This document shows, in pieces, positions 20,765 through 33,329 of a stretch of 43,797 nucleotides of DNA. How positions within the stretch are numbered: the first letter of the stretch is position 1; every line of letters begins with the position of its first letter. The position numbers were made by a program, and so were the translations under genes. This stretch comes from Octopus bimaculoides (lineage: Eukaryota). The notes beneath the pieces were generated by a model that had not been told where the DNA came from, made no database searches, and saw nothing but the letters and a program-made list of their open reading frames with translations. The stretch is from contig NC_069000.1 in NCBI RefSeq assembly GCF_001194135.2, positions 24,869,300-24,913,096 of the forward strand. The letters run 5' to 3'.

Positions 20765-23700
20765 TAGGAGTTTAATTATTTACATTGATTCTTATATGAT
20801 GCTTCCTTTATTCACACTAAGGATTCATAAAAAAAATCACTGGGGACGGTACAGTGTAGGGCTACATAAAAGCGTGTAAAAAGTAGAAAAATAGTATCAA
20901 TATACAATTATAATAATGAATAATTCCCCCAAAGGAGACTTCCTAGGGTTGCTCGTAGAAATCCCACAAAATCATGGTCGCCCTGACTACTAGGGCAAGT
21001 ACCCTCACCACATCGTCCTCCACCCTACAGGCGCATGCATATTGCAGCGATCCTGCCACGGAAAACGGGCTCGAAATCAGCCGCTGTGAGAACGGCCACC
21101 AAGTATTGGTGGTCGGTCTTATCGAAGGCTTTAGATTGATCCAAATTGATCAGGGCTCCACCCATGCCAGCTTCTTTAGCCCTCTCTTGTCTATGATATA
21201 TCACATGAGGTGGAGGTGGTGGACGGATCTGCTTGAAATTACGCATGTCTGCGCATCACCAATCAGTTCTACGACAAGCACCTTACATCTGACAATGTAT
21301 CCTTCGTGGTTAGCGTTGAAGAATTGGTCCAGGGCTAATCTCACTGACAGCACGTCGGTTGCGATGCCTTTCCTAAGCGCCTCTTTTAAGTTTCCCTCTA
21401 TTCCATTCCTTTCTATCACTAATGCCTTACGAAAACTAATCGATTCTACTCTAATTGTCTTTTTCTGGATAAACCACTAGTTGTTGACGACTGACCCCGT
21501 CAACACACGCTTACTTAATTCGCTAATATGGTCTCTGTAAACTTGGCACGCCGAGAGTGACGCGTTCAGCTTATAGAAACCGGATCCCTGCCTACGAAGT
21601 CTAAGTCGAACATGCAGATCACAAATTTGTGGTCTGTCTAGCCGAAGATTTTAAAGAGTGAACAACTTACATTATCCTTATCAACTGGCCTACAGAATAT
21701 TCAATCTAGGTACGACCTAGATGACTTGATGCGGTTTGTCCATATTCACACTGGCACGTTCAAGAAATCCAGTCGGTACCTGTCAGACAGTTGTAAGCGT
21801 CTGAGCAGGTTTGCTTGAGTTTGCACCCACATTTTCTAATAGCTAGCTCTACACAATCCAAACGTGCGTCCAAGATGGTGTTCCAATCACTCATTAACAC
21901 TAAAGGTAGAGACGTTCTCAGGAAAAACCTCGGGCGTCTGAAGAAATCTGGTTGTCCTGTCCTATCGGAGTATAAGCAGTCACCAGTTTGAAAACATCCC
22001 CGTCTCTACTGTTCATATCCAGGATCACCAACTTAACTTCTGGGTTCAAGAAGATAGTCTTTATCTTGAGATCCAGACCTTTCCGGAACAAAACTGCTGT
22101 TCCACCCCATCATTCCTGGTTGACATTGATATAAGTAAATCTCGCATCCACCGAAAAAGGGAAGGAAAGCTCGTCGGCCGGAGAGTTTGGCTTTATTGAT
22201 AGCCACTACATTTAGACTTAGTGACCTGAAGTCATAGAGTAAGTGACTCTGTTTCCAAGGTGACCCCAGCCCATGTGTACTTATACTGCCTGTTCTGATC
22301 AAAGCTATGTTTGTCAGAGAGAAGGAGAATGAAGAGAATTACTTACCCTATTTCTGTAGAGATGTTCTGTCCTGGCTATTTGTGAGTGTCGCCATAGGCA
22401 TTTCTTTGGGATATTTTGCTTTCAGTGTGTTTAAGTTTATCGTGTTGTTTTTATAATTTTGTATGTGAATAGGAGTGTTACAAGGAAGTGCGATCTATTC
22501 ATTTACAGTAATATCTGTGTAGTTTTGAATATTTTTCATTAAGTTCTTGTTGCTTATGTCTATGGCCGTGTAATTAGTGATGTCTTGGGATTGCCGTTCA
22601 TGTTGTTGGTCTGGATTACTATATGTTTTCGTTTGTTGAGGTGTTTGTAGTGTTGGAGATATTTGTAATTGTGTTGGTGTGGGGTGTGTTGGTGTGAGGT
22701 GGCGTTTTTTTTTGTTTTTTTTTCTGTGTCTCCTCCTCTAATCTTTTTGATTTTAGTCTCGCACCTCACTTTTCATTTTGTAATTTTATCTTTGTTTCTT
22801 TCATCAGGATCTATTCTGGTAGGTTTTCAAGACTGATTTCCTCGCTGGAAGAGTTTTCACGGTCGGAAAAATCTGTGGCATTGGGGAGGGGGGGGTGTCT
22901 GCACAGTCGCGCATTTCTAAGTTGGTGGTCTAGTCGAATGGTGTCGGTAAGACTTGCCTCATTTGCGATGATGTAGGTGTTTGTTATAGTACCGGTGTTT
23001 GTTGCTGATATTGTTGAATGAATTTCTCCTGCTGTTCTTTCTGCTTATGCTGTTGTTGGCACCGATGCTATTGGTGTTGTTGCTGTGGTTGATAGCGGTG
23101 GCGTTGCTACTGTTGTTTTTGTTGTTGTGTTGGAGGTATCTGCAGCATCGGCTTTTTTCTTTTGCTTGCATGGGACAGAAAACTTTCAAATGGTTCGTTT
23201 TGTCACAAATGTGCAATCTCGGTTTTCTGCCCTCTAGCTAGATCGATCAGGTCAAGGATAGCTTCGACACCACCCAAATCAGCGTGTAACCATAGTTCCA
23301 CGCCCGTGCCCGACCAATTCTCCTTTCCTGTTTTGAGGTCTTGTAGAATTTTTTTTGTCCTCTATGCCGTATAATACTGCTGCTACCTGCAATGAGACGT
23401 CCAATTCTGGTAGCACCTCCGCTACCTTTATTTTGACAACCCTCCCACCGAGGTATGTCAGGATTAGCCAGAGTTCCTCACTTTTGAGGGTTGTTGTAGC
23501 ATTTTTCAGTTGAGAATCTTATCTCAACTATGCCAAAGTGTCTTCCTCGAGCGACATAAGTTTTTAAACCCCAGACGGGTCTCAGGCGTTTTCGATCTGG
23601 GCCTGCATCATTTGCTCCATTTTATTCATCTTTAACGATATGCATTTTTCTTGTACTTTCTATTGTGTATTAAGGAAAACTGTTCTGCCATTCTTTAATA

Positions 23701-24075
23701 AGTGCATCTGTCAACATTTTTTGTGTTAACTCGACTCTTTCTATTTTCCGACAAGTTTGCGCGGATTCGTTCTCATTCTGCTTAGAAAAAAGAACTGCCG
23801 CCGTTGTCGTTTTATTACTGTTTGTGGTAGTTGTGGTGGTAGTAGTGGTGGTGTTGATATTGGTATTGGAGACGATGATGGAAGTCGTGCTTGCCTCGTT
23901 TTAAAATATATCTTCCTCGTCGCTGTTGCTACTTCTGTTGTTGTGGTAGCTATTGTTGTTGCTGCTGCAGGTGCCTGGGCTTGGTTTTGTTTTAAAATAT
24001 CAAATTTGCAATCTTAAATCGCAAAATTTCCCTTTAGGGGTAAATTCTCACCTGAGCAGCTCGACAACTACTTAT
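20765..24075 (-). mobile_element. Decayed Tx1/L1-clade LINE with ORF1 (CCHC knuckle), APE endonuclease and partial RT
   Basis: ORF1 HICDKTNHLKVFCP (about 23215-23170); ORF2 start MIRTGSISTHGLGSPWKQSHLLYDFRSL (22302); ALINLDQSKAFDKTDHQYL (about 21160); much of RT deleted. Confidence 0.82.
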
Positions 24076-24194
24076 AGCGAGCTAGGTTATTTAGTTTATT
24101 AGTTCAAAGAAATTTGGAATACCAACTAATAAAACAACAGATTTTTAAAAGAAAACTTACGAGCCACGAACAAGCGTCCACTCCTTCCAAACAC

Positions 24195-24243
24195 CAATAA
24201 CAACAGCAACAATAACAGCAACAATAACAACAACAACAGCAAT

Positions 24244-24300
<57 letters not shown>

Positions 24301-24303
24301 AAT
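24195..24303. repeat. (CAA)n microsatellite
   Basis: Directly visible. Confidence 0.95.
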
Positions 24304-24344
24304 AATATTTAAGGATTGATCTTACTCCTCCAGAAAGTAAAGAT

Positions 24345-24454
24345 ACAATAAGAAGAGTGCGACTGTTATCGAATGAACAATATTTCGACATTTCGAAGAC
24401 ATACGAGATGTCGAAGTATTGTTCATTCGATAACAGTCGCACTCTTCTTATTGT
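24345..24454. repeat. 51-bp near-perfect hairpin with an 8-nt loop
   Basis: Arms 24345-24395 and 24404-24454; two non-Watson-Crick positions, both T:G on the + strand; loop aagacata. Confidence 0.95.
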
Positions 24455-24458
24455 TTCT

Positions 24459-24460
<2 letters not shown>

Positions 24461-24519
<59 letters not shown>
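24461..24519. repeat. (TAA)n microsatellite
   Basis: Directly visible. Confidence 0.95.
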
Positions 24520-24521
<2 letters not shown>

Positions 24522-25085
24522 GCCCTGATGCTGGACCAGGCAGTGGCTCTCGTTGCTTCCCATCTTAATCGATTGGCAGTGTTATCATGTACATTTTTTT
24601 GTCTTGGTATAAAAGATGGGCTACAGCAAATATTCTGCTCAATACCACAGATTTGCTTGTCATTGCTTGACCATAATCAGTTGAGCATTTCCTTTGGTGG
24701 CTGACGATGTGTGTATCTCTGATCACTAGCAGAAGTAGTGGAGGAACATCATAGCCATGTGTTGAGAGGAATTCTTTGGGGTTTGAATATTTCACCTCTG
24801 GAAACATAGGTGTTTCGTTCATCATCCCATCCTTAAACAATCCTTGTTCAGGGACCTTTTGAATGGGATGGGCTACTCGACCTGAAGAAAATTCTAACTG
24901 GGCTCCACCTGCAAGGTCATGCGCTTTTTATCGTAATATGAGATTACCATGTCGCGCACATATTGTTGTGACGTATGTGCCTGGTAGTCGTGATGGGTGT
25001 ATTAGGCTTCGTATATTTGAACCCCATTGTCAACCTGATGGCATGTGCTGATCTCTCACTCAATAATTATTATTCAGTGAGAGAT

Positions 25086-25294
25086 CCTTTCTACTATAGG
25101 CACAAGGCCTGAAACTTTGGGGAATGGGAGTAGTCGATTACATAGACTCCGGTACTCAACTGGTACTTATTTTAACGACCTCGAATGGATGAAAGGCAAA
25201 GTCGACCTCGGCAGAATTTGAACTCAGAACGTGCAGACGGACGAAATACCGCTAAGCAGTTTTTCCAGCGTGCTAACGATTCGGCCATCTCGCC
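25086..25294 (-). mobile_element. tRNA-derived SINE (tagtagaaagg tail type)
   Basis: Reverse complement of the 18157 head and core (gaatttgaactcagaacg, gaaataccgctaagca). Confidence 0.85.
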
Positions 25295-25295
25295 G

Positions 25296-25475
25296 AGAGC
25301 ACTCAGAGAGCGCAAACCTCCGCCAAGGCAACACCAACGTCCTCTCAACGATTAGCCGGAGATGCTTTTTAAAATGAGAAATATCTGAAATAAACTGGAC
25401 TGTTCTTACAAACGAAAATACTAAAAATGAACCCGACCGCTCTCAAACGGAAAAATAATCTCTCTCTCTCTCTCC

Positions 25476-25524
<49 letters not shown>

Positions 25525-26079
25525 TCGAGAGGTGAAGGGAGAGGTGAGGAAATACTAATGCAGTGAAGGAGAAGTAGTGAGAGTAATAACCATGGCTGAG
25601 AAGGAGTGAGAGAAAGTAATGACAATGAGAGAGGGGAAGCGAAGTGGCAAAGAGAACGTCGCATGAATGAGAAGGAAGGAGTGAAAAAACCGATAAACGG
25701 CATTTGAAGTGTGACTATATGTGTGTGTAAAAGATAGGTATGTGTGCGTGCGCACGCGCACGTGTGCATACAATGGAAATGGGATGGTAATGTTCAACGC
25801 TGAAAATGTGTGAGTATATGTGTGTATGTGTGTGCGTGTTCAAGAGAACTATGTGCAACTTTACATATACATGTAAAGTAAAGAAATCGGAAAAATAATC
25901 CAGAATCCTTGTCCGGTACCGGATCGATCCCAAAATCTAATGAGACCGTGCCAGTCACAAGGCCAAACATCCTTGAAAGTTTCATTCGAATCCATTCAGC
26001 GGTTCTTGAGATATTTTGTCCAGAGACAAACAAACATGACTAGAAACAATACCTCTGCTTTCGCTAAGGCGGAGGTAAC
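25296..26079 (+). mobile_element. Helentron-associated (HINE/DINE-1-like) non-autonomous element
   Basis: 5' cctccgccaaggc (25317-25329) is inverted to 3' ggcggaggt (26068-26076); 3' hairpin tacctctgc-tttcgctaa-ggcggaggta; internal (CT)n(TA)n and (GT)n. Confidence 0.6.
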
Positions 26080-26084
26080 AATAA

Positions 26085-26297
26085 CCCTTTCTACTATAGA
26101 CACAAGGCCTAGAATTTGCGGGGGGAGGACTAGTTGATTATATCGACCCGAGTATTTCACTGGTACTTAATTTATCGACCCCGAAAGGATGAAAAGCAAA
26201 GTCAACCTCGGCGGAATTTAAACTTAGTGCATAGCAGCAGACGAAATACCGCTAAGCATTTCGTCTGGCGTGCTAACGTTTCTGCAAGCCCGCCGCC
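26085..26297 (-). mobile_element. tRNA-derived SINE (tagtagaaagg tail type)
   Basis: Same head, core and tail as 25086-25294. Confidence 0.85.
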
Positions 26298-26298
<1 letters not shown>

Positions 26299-26376
<78 letters not shown>

Positions 26377-26398
26377 TAATGATAATAATAATAATAAT
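26299..26398. repeat. (TAA/TGA)n microsatellite abutting the exon-5 donor
   Basis: Directly visible; starts about 9 nt into the intron on the minus strand. Confidence 0.95.
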
Positions 26399-26407
26399 TG
26401 AACTCAC

Positions 26408-26531
26408 CAGTGCTACCGATGAAGAGTTGATTATCTCGTAAGGGCTGAGTGTAGTGTAGTAAGCAGCATTGATCAGTATATACGAGGTGATGAGAATGAA
26501 GAATGTCAGTAGAATGGCCCTTGGAAGATCT
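26408..26531 (-). CDS. SLC7/LAT-like transporter exon (exon 5 equivalent, TM7), 124 nt
   Basis: cgttcgattccag|A GAT...CTG|gtgagt; (R)DLPRAILLTFFILITSYILINAAYYTTLSPYEIINSSSVAL versus LAT1 [42 protein letters not shown]. Confidence 0.95.
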
Positions 26532-26805
26532 CTGGAATCGAACGTGGATTGTTGCTAAGTAAACGAAAATTGACTGAGGACAAAATGGCAAATGGACTCA
26601 GATATCTTTACTCACGTGCATTTCAACGAACATACGCACGCACACACACACACATCCACACCACACACTGGGATATTACTGTCCAATTACACTCGAAAGT
26701 GTTAAATAACATGACTTTTTCTACGAATACATACATACGGCATGCAGACATACAAATACATACATACTTACATGCATACGTACATACATACATACATACA
26801 TACAT

Positions 26806-27262
26806 AAACCTCAATAAAATGTAAGTGCAACAGACCTGATGTACTGATTTGGGATAGAGAAGAGAAACTGTGCACAGTTGTGGAAATTAGCTGCCCAGCG
26901 GATGTTGACATAAAGCTGAAGATCAGTGAAAAAGTGAATACCTACGTTGAACTATTGAGAAATCTGCAGTTACTGTGTCCAGATTACAAGTTTCGGTTTA
27001 TACCTGTAATTATTGGGGCACTGGGATATGTAACATACTGCCTAAATACCAATCTTGAGAAATTAGGCTTCTCAAAACCAGAAAGGAGAAAGCTAATTCG
27101 AAGACTAAAGATCCAATCCATCACTACAACTCTAAAAATCTATAAAGCTTTCCAGAGTTTTTTCATTTAAATATATATGAGCATGTCTAGATATGTAGCT
27201 ATATGCATGAGAACACATACATAAAACAAAACATACAATTCTGCACGTTTACACACACACAC

Positions 27263-27312
<50 letters not shown>

Positions 27313-27441
27313 ACATACATACATACACATACATACATACATACCTGTTAGTGTTGAAATTTCAATGAAGGAGCCTTGCATCTAGGTTAGAAACCGGCTC
27401 TTTCTCTACTGGCAAGAAATCTTGAAATAAACTGAATAATG
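26806..27441 (+). mobile_element. 5'-truncated R4/Dong-type non-LTR element (restriction-like endonuclease end plus 3'UTR) within (CATA)n
   Basis: CNRPDVLIWDREEKLCTVVEISCP...IPVIIGALG (PD-(D/E)xK RLE); (TACA)n immediately 5' and (CATA)n immediately 3'. Confidence 0.85.
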
Positions 27442-27584
27442 ACATACATACATACATGCATGCATACATACATGCATGCATACATACATGCATGCATACG
27501 TACGTACGTACACACATACAAACACAGACACACACACGCGCACACACGTATATACACACATGTATGTGTGTGCGTGTCTGTCTG

Positions 27585-27776
27585 TGTTCGTCCCTCTTCC
27601 CACACCGCTTGACAACCGGCGTTCGTTTGTTTACGTTCCTGCAACTTAGCGTTTGGATAAAATGTCGGATAGAATAAGTACCAGACTTTTAAAAAATAAT
27701 TTACTGGAGTTGATTTGTTCGACTAAATTCTTCAAGACGGTGCTCCAGCATGGCAACAATCAAATGACTAAAACAG
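27585..27776 (+). mobile_element. Body and 3' part of a SINE-like interspersed repeat
   Basis: cgcttgacaaccg...gaataagtacc...gttcgactaaa...ggtgctccagcatggc; shares an aagtacc/gtcgat-like core with the other SINEs. Confidence 0.5.
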
Positions 27777-28189
27777 TTTTTGCCTTCTCAGTTACAAAAG
27801 CATGGTTCGATTTATAGCAGAGTCATTAATTTAAATCACCTAACCAAGCGAATGATTTGGTTAGTACGTGCTGATGAGATATAATAAGACTGAAACTTGT
27901 TTTGAGTTGTCACAATATTTACTTAAAAGTGTCTCACTCCCTACTGCATGTAATCATTTAATGTTTACACAGTTCACATTTCAGAGTCTGTTTTGGACCT
28001 TTCTTCACAAGAATTTTCATTAACGCTAATAATCCTCCCACCAAACCGCTGTAATTTCAATTGATCATGAACATTTAAACATACCCTTTATTTTACTGTG
28101 CTTAGCATGTATGTCAATTTATAACGAAATGTAAAAACAAGGATGGCTAGATTTAAATGGCTGAAAAGAAAGAGGTGTGTGTAATGACA

Positions 28190-28280
28190 GTTGTTTCTGA
28201 TAGGACCCTGTGAAAGGAGATGCCTGAGGACTCTACTCCAACGGCTTTTTCTGGAATAGTAGGCAGAGAAGTTGGATTGG
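28190..28280 (+). mobile_element. Short 3'-end fragment of the Rex3-like RTE family
   Basis: taatgacagttgtttctgataggaccctg...tgcctgaggactctac matches the reverse complement of about 34365-34420. Confidence 0.7.
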
Positions 28281-28692
28281 CGGAATTCTAGTTCAAGCAC
28301 CCCATTTATATAATACCTCGTCACTTAAAAAAAAAAAAATTATTTGGAGTTTTCAGAAAATTTTTGCGAATTTGTATTCTGTATACGGTAATTCATAGAA
28401 TTATATATATATAAAATTATTTCTGAAAGAAAATAAATCCTAAAAATTCCACTCTTATTCGAATTTTAAAAAAAATCACAGTTTAAAATACGAACAGTCC
28501 GAATTTTTTGCTTAAATCCCAGCAATGGACCACTCATGAGTGCATCATCATTCCATTAAATGTGTTTATGGGGAGAAAAAATATTGAAAAACATCAATAC
28601 ATGTCAGAGTGACGAAGAAACTAGGAAAGGTGGTTGTGAGATGTACTAGATTTAAATGCTAAATCGCCCTTAATCATACACGCAAGCTGACA

Positions 28693-29633
28693 NNNNNNNN
28701 NNNNNNNNNNNNNNNNNNNNNNNNNNNNNNNNNNNNNNNNNNNNNNNNNNNNNNNNNNNNNNNNNNNNNNNNNNNNNNNNNNNNNNNNNNNNNNNNNNNN
28801 NNNNNNNNNNNNNNNNNNNNNNNNNNNNNNNNNNNNNNNNNNNNNNNNNNNNNNNNNNNNNNNNNNNNNNNNNNNNNNNNNNNNNNNNNNNNNNNNNNNN
28901 NNNNNNNNNNNNNNNNNNNNNNNNNNNNNNNNNNNNNNNNNNNNNNNNNNNNNNNNNNNNNNNNNNNNNNNNNNNNNNNNNNNNNNNNNNNNNNNNNNNN
29001 NNNNNNNNNNNNNNNNNNNNNNNNNNNNNNNNNNNNNNNNNNNNNNNNNNNNNNNNNNNNNNNNNNNNNNNNNNNNNNNNNNNNNNNNNNNNNNNNNNNN
29101 NNNNNNNNNNNNNNNNNNNNNNNNNNNNNNNNNNNNNNNNNNNNNNNNNNNNNNNNNNNNNNNNNNNNNNNNNNNNNNNNNNNNNNNNNNNNNNNNNNNN
29201 NNNNNNNNNNNNNNNNNNNNNNNNNNNNNNNNNNNNNNNNNNNNNNNNNNNNNNNNNNNNNNNNNNNNNNNNNNNNNNNNNNNNNNNNNNNNNNNNNNNN
29301 NNNNNNNNNNNNNNNNNNNNNNNNNNNNNNNNNNNNNNNNNNNNNNNNNNNNNNNNNNNNNNNNNNNNNNNNNNNNNNNNNNNNNNNNNNNNNNNNNNNN
29401 NNNNNNNNNNNNNNNNNNNNNNNNNNNNNNNNNNNNNNNNNNNNNNNNNNNNNNNNNNNNNNNNNNNNNNNNNNNNNNNNNNNNNNNNNNNNNNNNNNNN
29501 NNNNNNNNNNNNNNNNNNNNNNNNNNNNNNNNNNNNNNNNNNNNNNNNNNNNNNNNNNNNNNNNNNNNNNNNNNNNNNNNNNNNNNNNNNNNNNNNNNNN
29601 NNNNNNNNNNNNNNNNNNNNNNNNNNNNNNNNN
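28693..29633. other. Assembly gap (N run)
   Basis: Run of n. Confidence 1.
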
Positions 29634-30697
29634 TAGGGTTAAAGCAAATTTAAAATGAAAAAAGCAAATAAAACGAAGGTATGGAGATTAAATACGCTTT
29701 ACATCGCTTAATCAGCCAAAGGAGTAAATATAAACAACTGAATACTTGTCAGTGATTGGTTGAAATTATCGAAATAAGACAATTTTTTCATGAAATAAAT
29801 TCGAATACAAAAATATTTTTCTGTTCTATAACACAAAATAGATAAGTATACGAAGTTTGAAAGTCTTTCCGTACCAAAAACACTACGTAAAACATTAATG
29901 AAAAATGTGGCCCCCGTTTTAAAATATATCCAAACATGGACCATAGAAGGAACATATCGTAATAAAAGTCTGGTTTTGAGTACCGTCAAGTTTATACCAT
30001 CTTATTTCGAATGTTACCCAACTACTTTGGATCAAGAAATGTTCACCATGTACCTTCTACAAAAAAGACAGAAAGTATCAGCTGATAACAAATGTAGGCT
30101 ATTTAAAACAAAAACAGAAGACATTAACCACGCACACACACACACACACACACACACTCAGTTAGACAGGTCAACGTATTGAGAGGAATAGCAGTCACCT
30201 CTCTGGATACATACACAGACAGCCAGATAAACAAACATCCAGCCTGACAGTCAAACTTTAAATAGTATATTAGTCAGCGTGTCTGGTGAAGGAGTGTTTC
30301 AGTCGCCACTTTTAGTGTTGTCATCATTTTCTGAAGACTTCTAGTCTGAGTATTTACACAGAATTAAGAATAAACTTGAATAAATGATAATGACTAGTAA
30401 TAGCTAGTGTTGATAGTTGTGATGGTTGTAGAGATCACTTGAGACGTGTGAAAAAGATGATTGATGGGATAGAGAGCAACATCAACAACTCCATCAACGC
30501 GAGCCTCTGCGTCAGAAGTGAGGAGTTCCTCGCTCCCAGTTGAAATTTCACTCTTACTCAAATTTGAAACGGCACTCTGTGAAGTCTCTGAAACACAAAT
30601 CACATCTTACCGCCCTTTGGACAAAATAGTCCAATTTAATGTTTTTGATTATTGGGTCTATTGGGTGATATGGAATTAAACAACTACAATTACAACA

Positions 30698-30698
30698 A

Positions 30699-30757
<59 letters not shown>

Positions 30758-30785
30758 ATGGTGGTGGTGGTGGTGGTGGTGATAG
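30698..30785. repeat. (TAG)n plus (GGT)n microsatellite
   Basis: Directly visible; source of the poly-Ser/Gly ORF. Confidence 0.95.
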
Positions 30786-30879
30786 CAGTCGCAGCGGCTG
30801 CAATAACAACCACAACGACAGCAGAAGTTATTAGTAACACTGTCGCATCACCAAAGACTCTTGCTTTTCAAACGTTATT

Positions 30880-31640
30880 CTTGTCAATACCTATCTGGTT
30901 AACGTCCTCGCTCACCCTTCACTCCAACTCTAGGCCTTCTGCGACTGTAAAATCAATGTTAATGCTGATATCCAAATTGTCTTCCTTAAATATGCCTGTC
31001 TGGTCTTTTGTAAAACATGCTCTTGCGATGGCTATTCGTATTACCGAAACTGTTAAACAATCGTCTCTGTACAATCTGTAGAGTGAGTGGGCTATTTTCT
31101 AAATGAGTGTCTAAGTTAAAAGTTCGACTATTTCGAGAATTTCCGCTCTGTCTAAAGCTTTCATTAAGTCGTCCAATACTTAATCACTTTGGTAATAAAT
31201 ATGTTCTGGACTTCCAGGGCTTTCAGATGAACAGACTTAGATAATTCTCTGTATTAACTTTGATAGGTTTCGGCCAGTATACGCCCAGGCCACGTCTAAC
31301 TTAATAATACCACCTGATGAAGTATTTTAGTCATATATGGGGCACTCTGGCCCACTCTAGCAAAAAGTTATTATTGTTGGAGACATATCCAGGTGTAGGT
31401 GGTTGGTCCGGGAGTTTTTGGGAGAAATTTGTCCAGAGAACTTTTTAATTTTATGGGATCCGTTTCCGTTTTGACGTATCTTGGTGAGCTGGACCGGTTG
31501 AGGTAAGGTGTCGTAATGTTGTTATGTATCCTGAGTTCGATTTTTGTAGTGGGCGGATAGCACAGGGGCCAAGTCTTGGGTGGATTTTAAAATTGATGCG
31601 AACATCATTTATGCAATATTGATGGAATATTTTCCACATC
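30880..31640 (-). mobile_element. Heavily decayed Penelope-like RT fragment
   Basis: LYRDDCL (PLE GLYRDDGL motif); IFKEDNLDISINI; DRAEILEIVEL (compare DGAEICELVG). Confidence 0.65.
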
Positions 31641-31689
31641 ACACAAATGATGTAGCGCTCCCGGTGGCGTTGGAGAGAGATTGAGTTTT

Positions 31690-32560
31690 TTTTAGTCTAC
31701 CCCAATAGTCAATGCCTCTCATACCGTCTATCTTTCTTGTTATTGACCTCTGGAGTGCTTCAACTTTCATAATGAGTTGCTTCGTGTGGAAAGATTACAG
31801 TGGGCAACAACATTCTGGAAAAAGTAGAGTAGAGAAGGATGATGGTGTGGACATTTCTAGATCGGAAAGTTCTCAGAATCCAGGAACACATCTCGCTGGC
31901 CAATTCAATCTTACTGTTTACATGAGAACTCCAGCTTAGATTGTATTTCAACGATTACTCCAAGGTCTCTGGTGTTGTTGGATGACACTAGGGAGTCGCC
32001 CGAAGGGAGGGCATATGGTAGTTTCAGAGTAACCTCTTTTTCAAAGTGGACCAAATTAAACTTATCTTCATTTAGAAACATTGCTTTTTTCCGCCCATTG
32101 GACAACAAATCCGACTGAAGGCATGTTCGGTTTCCCATCGTTTATGGCCTTCTGGAATTTGGAATCATCTGCAAAGATTTGAAATGTAGAAAGTTTGATG
32201 ACGTCTGCTATGTCATCGATGTCGATAACAAAGAGGAGTGGGCCCAACACAACTTTGTGGGACACAACTACTGACTTTGGCTGAGCTTGATCGGATTCCC
32301 TGAAACAGGACATGTTGGGTTCTATTCTCAGGAAGCGCTTTATCCACTGCAGCAGCTTTCCACGAACTCCAATGTTGGACAGTTTCTTCAGCGGGATTTT
32401 GTGGTCCACTCTGTCAAATGCCTTGCTGAAATCAAGGTATATGACATCAGTGTTGGAGCCTTCTCCCATCGCATAGAATCAGCAGAGAACTTTGATTTTA
32501 TTCTAATCATTAAGCCATGCGCCCTCCAATGCTCCATTACTGACACATAAAAGGGAGATT
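31690..32560 (-). mobile_element. CR1/L2-group LINE RT fragment
   Basis: DVIYLDFSKAFDRVDH; LGPLLFVIDIDDI; IFADDSK; RDLGVIV; LSWSSHVN. Confidence 0.88.
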
Positions 32561-32998
32561 GGGGCTTAGACAATGGCTTCAAATCCTTGCAATTATCATT
32601 GCTAACAACTACTACAACCTGGGAGCAAGTCTCTACTTGGTTAGTTGACATGCTATAAATAGCAACCTTACAACCTAGCACTTTAGAAAATAAGTTCATG
32701 TGGGATAATATGGTTCTAAGTGCACTGTGAAATGTGCATTGGAAAGGGACTGCTTTGTCACAACTGGATCACCTTTAATATAATCAAAGTTCTGCTCGTT
32801 CTGAGCTTCTTTGAGACTAAATAACAAAAACAACCAATACCACCCATCTCACTGGAATCTTCCTCATTGCCGTCTTCATCATCGTCGTCGTCGTCCTTAT
32901 CATCATCATCAGCAGCAGCAGCAGCAGCAGAATTATCTTCCTCATTATTACCATTAACTTGTTTGCTCAATTAACTGAAAATGTTTAAAGGAAGCCAT

Positions 32999-33032
<34 letters not shown>

Positions 33033-33292
33033 ACGAACATCAACAACATCAAAAAATCTGCTCCAAAATGGACATAACATATATTGACAAGAACTGTTTA
33101 GAGGTGAACCACGATACGCACCCACACTTAAGCCAATGGAACAGTAAACACACACCTCCTTAACACCCACGGAAATACATAACAATTATTCACACACTCA
33201 TACGTACACCATTATATATATATATATATATATATATATCTATATATATCTTTTTGAGTGGGCCTGTGTTTGTGTGTATGTATTTTCGTACG

Positions 33293-33329
<37 letters not shown>

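Noticed and set aside
24520-25070. Probable interspersed repeat next to (TAA)n
   Set aside because: No coding motif or second copy in the window, so it cannot be classified.
27865-27915. ctgatgag...tgaaac core
   Set aside because: No consistent stem I, II or III in any register.
32690-32817. Minus-strand acceptor followed by LKEAQNEQNFDYIKGDPVV...
   Set aside because: No partner exon in a compatible phase and no recognisable family.
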